NCBI GenBank assembly: GCA_010909165.1
Contig: MU008177.1
Span: 310,001-374,000, forward strand
Direction: 5' to 3'
Length of the DNA: 64,000 nt
Source of the DNA: Anthoceros angustus
Taxonomy: Eukaryota > Plantae > Anthocerotophyta
The notes below the pieces were generated by a model. It had not been told where the DNA came from and ran no database searches. It saw only the letters and a list, made by a program, of their open reading frames with translations. Positions 24,746-34,844 of this stretch are shown here, piece after piece. The translations under genes and the position numbers were made by a program. Numbering within the stretch: position 1 is the first letter of the stretch; each line of letters begins with the position of its first letter.

Positions 24746-27700
24746 CAGGGTGTCATTTTGACCGAGTACTATCTCAGTCCCCGGACCGCTTAGCTCAGCT
24801 CTCGGTCCCTGAGGCGTAGATGTCTTTTCGACCCTTGGTCACTAGATATAATAAATATTAAATAAATAATAATATAAAAATACAAATGTCTAGTATATTC
24901 TATCGTCGAGGCTGGTCTTTCCAAGCTTTAAAAATAGCATTCCAATCTATCTCCTTAACAGGCGGACCATTGATGGATATACTCATCAATGCATCAAGGG
25001 TCAAAATATTAAGATTAGTTCTCATGTCATTCATCACAAAGTTTTGTTTAGAAAATCCCCGCTCACATATAGCAGTACTACAAGGTACGACCAAACATAA
25101 TTCCCTAAGACGTAACATAGAGGGTGTCAGTACTACCCACTCCCGAGTTGTTGAGTATATTTTGTAAGTCGCTAACATACTCAATCCAACACAAGAAGAC
25201 TTCAAGATGGACACAATGTTAGCAACTCGACGACACACCTCATCAACTACAAAAGGGTCGACAACATTAGTATTTGCATCCAAAAAGTTAGTTCCAAACG
25301 TTTTCAACAATACCTCTAACAAACTATTAACTAACTGTATACGCTCTTCTGCATCTTTAGGATAAAATTTAGGACTGAATAGACGACAAGCATGCAACAC
25401 ACAAAGATCAGGAAACTTATTATTCACTGCATCAACAACAGCTAAAGCATATTTGTTAGCACTAGCAATGCAAGAACTTAGTTCACTTTCAGAGTAGTCA
25501 GATATTACAAAACCCTCATACACTCCATGACTTGTTTTTCAAGTTTTCAATGAAAGAGAAAAGCTTTCTACTTCACATACTCACCCTATCAATTTTATAC
25601 ATACTTTTGACCTGTTCAACAACAGAATCTATGAGGGAGACAAGGCGATGGTGCAACACATAATTATTTATGTGTATTATTTATGGGTTGCCAGACGAAT
25701 ACGAGTAAGGTAGCCAACATAACAAGTGCACGTCGGAAGGGATCTTGGACCCTTGGTTGAGCAATTGCAACTCTTTGATTTGGACATTAAAAAAATGAGT
25801 GGATTTGCAAGCGATGGAGCATCGATCATGATTGGCGAGAAGGCCAAGGAGATCACAATGTTGTGAAGTTTCGGAATGTGAATCGTATTTTGCTCAAACT
25901 CATTGTGTTGCTCACTTACTTGCAGAACTCAGCTGAGGATATCAAGGTTCCGACTTTGAGGTGGCGAACAAGATTGTCAAGAAATTGCACGCTTCTCTTC
26001 ATCATTCAAGTAAGAAGACTACGACTGCGTGTGCAAGTGCAATTAGAAATGCAAGTCTTAACTGAATCAGGAATTCATGATGTCCGTTGGTTGTCTAGAG
26101 GTCAAGCTATGAGTAGAATAGTTTGTTTATTACCAGCTTTACTTAAATTTGCTCAAGAGGATGAGAGCCTAAATTGGCCAAAAGCCAATAAGGGTCCAAG
26201 TAGTTCTTCTTCTTTGCAGGGGAAGACTATCTTCCAAGCTTTACTAACTACTAAGGCCTTGTTTTCATTTCACTTTTTATCAGATATTTTAGAGGTCCTT
26301 AATTCCTTGAATACTACCTTTCAACGTGATGATCTGGAGCCAGTTAGTATAGCTCTATGAGAACCACATGCTCCTTGCAAGCACTACTTGTAAGATACTC
26401 TGGAATGCCTTCCACTCCAATATCCCCCATGAACTCACAAAGGTCCTCGTACATATGGAAACTCAAATCCTTCTTAGTAATGAAATAAGCGAACTTCAAC
26501 AAGTTGAGAATCTCTTTATCCTTTTTGGAAAAATGCATTTCCAAACTTCGTTGCATGGTTGGTTGTTGAGCCTTGGCTTGGGCTTGCTCTATCTTCAGTG
26601 TCGCTAAATGATATGTACTCCTTGCATGGTCCTCCAATGCACTCTTCTGAAAGTTCTGACTGCCAACTTTTACCAAAGCTTGAGTCGTAGCCTTAGCTTG
26701 TCCCACTACACCATGACCATGTTTTTCACAAACAACACGAAACATTCGATTCTCTTCATTGATTCAGCGCAACTCCACCCAATGAAATGCAACCTTATAT
26801 TCTTTCTTGAAGACTCTTGGATTTTGCATCTTTTGTCTCTTTTAACTCGGTTGGCTTGTTTGGCTATTGTCGCCACTCCTTGTTTGGTCATCACGTGAGC
26901 CCCTCCAAAAAGCCCAGATGCTGAACTTTGCGAAAAATGAGCCATCTTTACCTGCAAATTTTTAAAAAACATTAATATAGCAACTGAAGAGCCAAAAAAC
27001 AAATCTTTGAAAGAGATGAGCTCAAACAAAAATGAACTCTAAACCTAAAGAGCTCAAAAAGAGATGAGCTCTAAAAAAGAAGAGCCCTTACCAAGAAAGA
27101 ACAACAAGAAGCAAGGAAGAAGAATAAGAAGCAAGAAAGAAGAACAACAAGCACACCACAATGAGGAGAGCAACAATTTCCAAATGCTAGTGTTATGACC
27201 TTATGTACTCTTGAAGGGTGTCTATTCATAGCATGATAGGATAAGAGTCCTATGTAAGCTTATGGTTGAGATACCATATCTTAGTCCATCTTCATCGATG
27301 AGCGTGCATATCAACAAATTATTGTATACATTAATAAGTACATTCAAAGCAAAATATTACATATTTACTTTTTATAGATGTATGAAAATAAGGTAATAAA
27401 ATCTCATAGAATAAAGGCTGTATTAATAGGCCATGGATGGTATTAGATAAATAAAGACATAGCCCATAGATCCATGGTAAGTGTCTTTATGACCATACCA
27501 ATCATAAGATAGGTCCATGTGTCTATAATAAATATAAATCTTGGATATAAAATTAAGTAATTTATTAATTTTAAACCGGACCTTTTATGAACCCTCGGTC
27601 CCCGAAAAAAATAGGGGACCGAGGGTAGGGACCGGACTCCTGAAAAACCTCCGGTTCCATGTTTTTTTTAACACATGCTGGGACTGGGACCGAGCTTGGG

Positions 27701-27807
27701 ACGAGGTCAAAATCTCCAACGATAAAGGGTAAAAAAATTAGAACTTCTCTTCTATTTAAATCGGAAATTTTTTTGAGGAAATTAGGTTTGAAATTCCTGA
27801 CACCCTG
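24746..27807 (-). mobile_element. hAT-superfamily DNA transposon (ZNF862-like transposase), defective
   Basis: TIR CAGGGTGTCA at 24746 and TGACACCCTG ending at 27807. Perfect 8-bp TSD GTTTGATG (24738-24745 and 27808-27815). Subterminal GGACCGAG/CTCGGTCC motifs. C-terminal dimerization motif VVPCSTAICERGFSKQN (24900-25523, minus) and N-terminal zinc-finger-like C..C...H region (26344-27029, minus). Confidence 0.93.
25535..26345 (+). pseudogene. Inverted central catalytic segment of the hAT transposase
   Basis: The + strand reads (D)ES..IIIYVYY, GFASDGASIM, THCVAHLL, DVRWLSRG, FHFLSDILEVLNSLNTTFQRDDL, which is opposite in orientation to the flanking N- and C-terminal parts. Breakpoints are approximate. 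Confidence 0.8.
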
Positions 27808-28249
27808 GTTTGATGTACTATAGCTATTGTTTAGCTAGCAAGAACAGTTGTGAAAGCACATTCACCAAGTAGATGAAAGCTCAGCACGAGTGGTGGAGTC
27901 TTTTGAAGGGTGTTTGAAGGACTGGCCGAGCGGAGGATATCCTCCCTTGGAGGCAACCCCTATCTGCCCTGACTACTTTGAGGCTGGGCGATCGTATCAT
28001 GCTAAATAAATTTATAGATATATAAACCCTTGAAAACGTATGAGAATAGTAGGGAAGAAAATATGAGATCTACAAATTTTCCTGGACCCTATTTTGTGTC
28101 GTGGGATAACAGACCGATATGTCATGACGGGCCCCCGTTCGCCTACGCATATATGAGATTTACAATTTTTCCTGGACACTTCCGCCGCAAGGGGTCCGGC
28201 AAGGTTATGCGGTTTAACAGCTTGCCCAAGCCACCTTGGATTGAGGAGC

Positions 28250-28830
28250 ATCTCGTTTCTTTAGGTACGCAGACGGGTCAGTGCCTTCCCTGGATAAGCC
28301 TGAAAAAGGCAGGCGGGCAGGATCGGGAATGGGCGTCGGGAATCGGCGCTGGGACTCTGAGTATGTTATGTCAGCACGGGAAGCTTGTTCTGAGACTGTT
28401 GGAGCCCTGGAATCTCTGGCGCAGACGGACTCTGCTACTTCTCAGCCGTCCAAACCATGAACTCGTAGCCCCACACAACCGAATCCTTCTTCGCTGTCCA
28501 CAGATTTAGCAAAGTGTAAAACAGAGACTGAGACCAGCGCAAGCAAGCACTGGTGCCTACAGAGGGAGTGATGGTTGAAAGAGGATTACTGGACAACGTA
28601 AAGGTGGGCAACTGCCAGGTGAACATGTTTGCAAAATGTGGCAAACTGAAAGATGCACGCCAGATTTTTGACAGCATGGTCACGTATGATGCGGTGACAT
28701 GGAGTGCCCTGAAATGTGGGTATGCAATATGTGGTGAACTGAAAGATGCACGCCTAGTTTTGATATCATGAACACAAAGAATGTGGTGACATGGATGGCC
28801 CTGATAACTGGGTATGCCGAGCAAGGGCTC
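28250..28830 (+). pseudogene. PLS-class PPR pseudogene fragment (5-prime part)
   Basis: VSAREACSETVGALESL-like N-terminal motif and VNMFAKCGKLKDARQIFDSMVTYDAVTWSAL; stops and deletions. Confidence 0.7.
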
Positions 28831-28843
28831 AGACAAGAGGCAC

Positions 28844-30299
28844 TTATTCTGTAGGACACTTGTTCTGCATGGACAAATGAAAGCACGAGTTGCAAAGCAG
28901 AAAATGAAAACAAGGTAAGATGACGGGTTCCTGGCGTGAGCATAGCAGATCTGCCTCCAGGTCCCCTTGCAGCGTGTTCCTGTTGCGCTCAAGTTCCATG
29001 AGCTCGTCCCCATGGCGAAGTGCAGCCGTTCGCAGCTTGGCGTTGTCCTCCTCCAACCTTCACAGCTCCGCAGCGACAGCCGCATCCCGTGCCTCCCTCT
29101 CCTGCAATAGCGCAGCCTGCTCTCTCTTCCTCACGCTCTCCTCCCCCCTCTCCACCAGCTGCACCACGGCCACGGCGCTGGAGCGGAGGGCATCAAGGTC
29201 CTCCAGCTTCGTCCCCCGCCCCCGCCGCTCTCTTGCAATGCTTCCAGTTGTTCCGTCGTCGTTTTTCCGTTGCTGCAGACACAGCATTTCTGCACACGGC
29301 AAGCACCAACATCAATGCCGTTGTCTCTCCTCCAGCCCGTTTGGCAGAAGAAAGGAAGGTAGCTCTAAATTACCTGCGCGTGCGAATGTCCACCACCTCA
29401 TTCCCATCCGCCACCTCATTCCGCCTTCCTAGTTTGGCCCGCTCGCTCTGCGGCCGGCTGAGCTCACGCTCGTCGAGCTCGTTGCGGCGCAATTGAAACT
29501 CGTCCTTAGCCTGCTTCCTCCTCGACATGGCGTCCGCATACCTGGCCGCATCACCCGATGCGGCCTTCGCCTCGATTTTCTGGCGAAGGACGTAAGTGTC
29601 ATCTCGGTGAACCACAGCATTCCTTTCTGCTACACGAGCCTCTCCACGAGCTCCTCCTCGAACCACGCAGCCAAGTCTCACCGGCTGCGTCTACGCTCTC
29701 TGTGCTCGTCTTTCAAAAGGTGAAGCTGGTCCACAGCTCTCTTTTTGCACAATGTCACCTCCTCCAACCGAGCCGACCAAATCGGGTGCTCGGCGACCTG
29801 CAATTCCCTCTCTCGTCTGGCCAAGCCCCTCAGTTCGGTCTCCCCCACCCACAGGATTGCTTTCCGTTTCTCGAAACTCTTCTCCACCTTCAGGTCCGTC
29901 AGCAGCCTGTCCTCCACCTTGCCCGCCATTCCTCGACACCCGCAATGCAAACCCCACTATCCTCACAAGCAACGCATGGCAAGGGAAGCAAGGCAAGGCG
30001 GCAAGAGCCATTAAGGCCACGAGTACGGCCTTAATGACGATGACAGCCTTCCAAGTTTCATCTACAGGAAGACGCTGCCGGAGTTCATGCTCAAGACTCT
30101 GTCCAACCGTGCGTGAGAGAGAGAGCATGAACACGCCTGCCCAAAATTTAGCCAGATCTCTACAGACACCCTGCAGATCACATAACATGTAAAAGCATCC
30201 GGGCATTGAAGCAGGGAAGGCAGGCACACGACCAGGTTCAGGAAAGGGGCTGGCTGGTAGACAAGAATGCCAAGTGTGGGAGCTTACGGGAGCCCGCAC
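28844..30299 (-). pseudogene. Coiled-coil plus C-terminal RING-finger (C3HC4-like) gene, disrupted (copy A)
   Basis: HCGCRGMAGKVEDRLLTDLK...ELQVAEHPIW, coiled-coil ORFs at 29060-29681, then ...VILPCFHFLLCNSC...KCP at 28844-28950. Confidence 0.55.
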
Positions 30300-30729
30300 G
30301 GTGTTTGACGAGTCAGCTCGAAGAGATGTGGCGACTTGGACTAGGCAGAGAAGCGCTCTCTGTGTTAGAAAGCACGCAGCAGGAGGGCATGGCTCCAGTT
30401 TACAGTAAATCCGTTGACAGATTTCTAGAGCGTTTGAGTAACCTGTCTGGATACAGTCTATTTCTGCTAGGCTCCCCTTCCGCTCGCCTTGCTACTCTCC
30501 CTGGACACAGAGCGAGTAATAAGGACCCCGTCGTAAATCAGTTCAGGGCTTCACAATTCTGATAGGTGGTCGTCATGACAGCAAGATGTACACTCTCGGC
30601 AGCGTGACCCACACAGTCGGGAAATTCTCACCAGAGCCGGTTTCAGGTGCCGCGCTTGGCCGTCTGGAGCAGTGCATTGCTGGCTCTGTTGTGTTTGAAA
30701 GGTGCAACAGACATGGAGGGGTTATATGA

Positions 30730-31496
30730 TCACTATAGAAAAAACTTGCGAGCATCCCTGAGTCTAGCCAGTCATTCTCGAACTTCTGCAAAATTCAGCA
30801 CCTAATTCTGCAAATGCGGAAGAACTGTTACCCTCCGATTGCAAACATGGAACGCAGGTGCCTCAGGCAAGATCACAAGAGCAAATCTCACCATTTCGTC
30901 GCTGCTCACGTCGTTGAAATTGGTAGAAGTCGAGACTCGTGCTGTTTCCCCCGCTTTCTTCTGTTTCTTGGCGGCCCTTTCAAGTACAGCAGGAGACGAC
31001 ACAGCACCCCCTTGTAAACCGCTGTCTGCGTCGGCACCGTTCTTCTCCCGCCTTTATTCACAACCAGAGTCCAACCATCTGCAGCAGCAGCAGCCTCCCT
31101 CTCCGCTGTAGCCTGCAAGTCACCGTCACTGAGTAAGCAAAAAGAACCAGCTCTGCATCTCCTACAGCACATAGAAATTAATGGAGCATGGAGAGGAAGC
31201 AGAGAAATTCACTTGTTCTTCACGGGCATCATATTGCAAACATGAATTCGTCAATTTCCTCCTGCAAGGTTTGTGGATCAGGGCTCTTGACGTAATTCTC
31301 AGCCAGCCACTCTGCGAGGACGAGAAACATTGGTCATTCCAAACCTAAACCAGCCAAAATCCAACGTCGTCTGCTCAAAGCCTTACTCTCCATGCCCGTC
31401 GGAGCCTCATTCTTGACTGCCCTAATCACCACCATGCCTAATCTCTGACGGCTGCACGGCAGCGTCAGTGGACGCCATCTCCTTCCTTCGGACCAT
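30730..31496 (-). pseudogene. RRP7: Ribosomal RNA-processing protein 7 homolog, multi-exon, frameshifted
   Basis: Exon pieces EWL...LQ/EEIDEFM..YDAREEQ, AEREAAAAADGWTLVVNKGGRR, AAKKQKK, LDFYQFQRREQRRN and QKFEND, with GT-AG introns between them and at least two frameshifts. Confidence 0.75.
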
Positions 31497-31559
31497 AGCG
31501 GGGTAAGCGTTCACGCTCCAAGTACATATATTCTAATGAAGTACAGTGAAGTTGTATTC

Positions 31560-32256
31560 CCGGTCTGCCTAGCCTTGCCTGCCGGATGCAGGGTCAGGAT
31601 ACTGGGCTCTGCATTGGGGCTGCCGAGGAATGGGGGTTGAGGAGGAGGCCGGGCTGGCTGCCGACCTGAAGCTCCTGCCAGACCACGAGCAGGAAGGAAT
31701 TTGATGTATCGTAGGGCCAGATTGACGGGCCGAATTGCCGGTCGTCGAACATCCGAATGGTGAGAGGCCACATCCAGGAAGAGGCAGGTCACGAAAAAGC
31801 TTCGACTGATCTACACCGAGTGCAGTGCAGGGAGCATGACCGCAGCCGGGAGCAGCGCGAGCGGTCCAACACGAGCCAAATCCAAAATCATGCGGGAGAA
31901 GACACGGAAGGAGGTGGAGGATGCTCATAGGCCTGCAGGTTTAGCGCTCTGGATCCCTTCCTGTTCTGCGAAGGGGATCCGGGAGGCGAGACAAGGGCAT
32001 TAATGTGGATGTTTGTCGTGTGCAGAATTCGCGAACCCGCAAGGCGCAGCGCGGGCGGGGGCCACTGGGTACCGGTGCAGAGAGCATGCCAGTCTGCCTT
32101 TCACAAGCCAGGAACACCGTCATCTCACCTTGTTTTCATTTCCTGTTATGCAACTCATGCATGGTTCTGCACAGAGACCGGACCATTACTTTCCCTACTT
32201 GCAGAGTCCCCATCACTGGATCGATGTTCTTCAAGCTGCTGCACTATTGGTCCTGA
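31560..32256 (+). pseudogene. Inverted paralog (copy B) of the RING gene at 28.8-30.3 kb
   Basis: HWGCRGMGVEEEAGLAADLK...ELPVVEHP and VISPCFHFLLCNSC...PTCRVPI. The DNA is similar to the reverse complement of copy A; in-frame stops are present. Confidence 0.6.
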
Positions 32257-32259
32257 CCT

Positions 32260-32829
32260 GAAGCTAGACAGCGGAGAGCAAGCCCCAGTGATACCGCAAA
32301 TAGTGCATACATATACTGGGGTAGCCCTGAATTCCATGGATGGGCTGCTGGAAGACGTAGATATAGCTATCGGAAACTTTCAGTCATAGGTCAAGCTTGG
32401 ATCATCCTTTGTGACTATTGCGAAACCCTGGAAATTGCAGGCTACGCCCTCCTGACCCAGTGCTTGATCATAGCTGTTGAAGGTGAAGGAGGCCGCACCA
32501 TCCATGCCCAGGCTTAAGTCATAACTGGACCCTCCATCTGATAGGACTGTACAATCTCCACAGTGAGAGCACGCATAATCGACGTTGCCTTGTGCACAGC
32601 AGACATTATGGGGTCCATCTTCCAGAACGCACCACTTCTTATCCAGGGACTTCACATGAGCACTAACAGGAGGAACGTTCAAGCCTCGGCCTGATAAGTC
32701 AAGCGAGTATTTCGCCTGTCCAGCGTAGTCAAAAATACCCCAGTATCTTTCGAAGTTGCCATCCAAAGTACTCTTTGGATCTTCGTCAAGAAGTCCGAAA
32801 AGGTCGACACGCTGATCCTTCCACAACTG
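32260..32829 (-). pseudogene. Glycoside hydrolase family 17 (beta-1,3-glucanase) C-terminal fragment with X8 domain
   Basis: LFGLLDEDPKSTLDGNFERYWGIFDYAGQAKY followed by WCV...DYACSH.GDCT.L..G...FNSY.Q...CNFQGFA. A TGA sits at the expected Cys (DCKFPI), and the upstream catalytic exons are not apparent. Confidence 0.85.
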
Positions 32830-33505
32830 TACAGTATGTATGTACATAGGTTTGGCACAGATCTCGGTTGACAGCTGTCAAAAACGCCATGAATTTTTGG
32901 GCACTGTCCAACACTCTGCTCGGAGAGAGGGTGTGCTCGGAGCTACTACAACTGCACAACCAACTCTCTAGTCTGCAACAAATCGTACGCTTGTGGAAGC
33001 CTAGTGCTGAAATCCAAGCCTACGTCCCAACGCAGCCAGGATTGCGAATTCCCCACTTTCCACTCGCCAAGACTGAAGGAATGCCTTTTCAACGTTTCTT
33101 CGCTTCCATCCACAACGCTGACGCTTCTGCAGTCTGGCGGTGGATTGATGCGCTGGACACATGTGGTGCAATCCTGGAATTCATAGAGTTGTGGTTTCAG
33201 GAATTTGTTTCTTTTCGACTGCTATGCTCGGTTTTTGAAGCGGATCTCTGAGACCGGACTAATCGCCGGAGAGGATAGGGAGAGGCAAGGACTACGAAGG
33301 TGTCATGATGCAGTGATGTTATGGATACATTGATACCTAGCTAAAACACAGGAGAGGGAAAGCAGAGATCTCGAGCACATATCAACAGCCGATGTTGGAC
33401 AAGAAGGCCTTTGTTCAAGGAGTATGTTGCAGGATGTCATGCAAGTATCTCCTGCAAGCCCAAGGCCTCCACAACTTAACGGCACATGGTTTGTTCTCAT
33501 GCTGC

Positions 33506-34360
33506 TCACCCTGAAGCGGCAGCAGACTCCCGCGTGATCTCACATCTAGGCTGGGAGGTCTCAATGGCTTCGATGAGCTCTTCCACAGAGGGAAGCCGTT
33601 TTGACTGGCAAAAAACGCCCAGCATCATCACCCCAGCACCATCACCACAAGCACGTTCCACAAGAAACGGAACCACATAAAGCTCATCTCACCTGGAGCA
33701 TGGAGAAGAGCACTTGCCCATCCCTTGACACCTCGAATGTTCCCGGCCTGACATGAAAATTGCACCTGTCAGTCATACACTGCATTTCCCGTCATCGGTA
33801 CCCACCTAGAAGACACCCGCACATACCTTGCTTCCAACTCATCTGGATTGCCCAACACGCTCAGCTCTGGGAACCGATTCTCTGCAAACAACAAACGACA
33901 GTCAGCGAGAGCCAAAATCAGCTCGACTCTTGCACCAACCGGGCCATGGAGGAGCATGAACAACCTATGTCATCCGCAAGCCGGATGAAGAAATCGTTGT
34001 TATCTCCAGCACCCTCGTCGTACTCTATAATGATCTGCAAACAAAATCCACATTGAATGAAACAAAGCAACCAACCCGGCACAATCCTCCTCAACCTCAG
34101 CATCATCACAATGCTGCGTCCCTGACCTCGGGAGCACGAGGTGCATCCACTCCCGCACAACAAGACATGTGCTGCACTAGAGGCACTGTCAGCCGCGGAA
34201 TCAAAGGCCTTGTTAAGCTGCTAGGCCTCAATTCATGAATGCCACGAATCCCCGACGTGCTCGCCACTGACTCGAGAGCTGGCCTCACAGCTGCCCTCCC
34301 GGCTGTCAGCTCCAGAAGCCTTGTCACGCAGACTACCAACCTTCTCCCTGCCGGTGCCAT
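33506..34360 (-). CDS. SelT/SelW/SelH (Rdx)-like thioredoxin-fold protein with N-terminal targeting-peptide-like extension, lacking CxxC/CxxU; 5 exons
   Basis: Manually spliced with in-phase GT-AG junctions: ATG 34360...APE / IIIEYDEGAGDNNDFFIRLADDI / ENRFPELSVLGNPDELEAR / PGTFEVSRDGQVLFSMLQ / SKRLPSVEELIEAIE...SG*. The G.FEV..DG..LFS motif is Rdx-typical. Confidence 0.75.
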
Positions 34361-34844
34361 CGCCGTCGTCACCACCTCAACGAGAAATTCGGCTCACAAA
34401 CCAGCTGCCCACAACTTCACAGTGCCACCACCAGCTGCAGAAACCGGGTCCTGGAAGATCGATGCCACAGATAAGATCGGATCCGACGCACCGGTCTCGC
34501 TTGAACCAGGAACGCCTGCCTGCCACGGTCCACCCGTTGTGACACAAAGAACGAGTGGCTGCGAGCTAAAACGGACCGTAATTCTGGTTACCGCTCTCTC
34601 ACGGGGGTTTAACGGGCCTCGTCTGACACCTTTAGATGCCTGTGACACTGGTTTCTTCATGTTTCTCGTCCGGCCCTTCTCCAGGTTGGCAGCGGGAGCG
34701 CCAGCGGAATTTGCATCCGGGCTTCTTTCAGATGGGTTGCTTTGCAGCAGCCGCAGGTGTGCCTGATTGTGCCCAGAACGGCAGATTTTGGGCGCCGTTG
34801 TTAGGTCGGCGGCCGGTGAGGTGCAAGACCCGGGAGCAGCGCAA

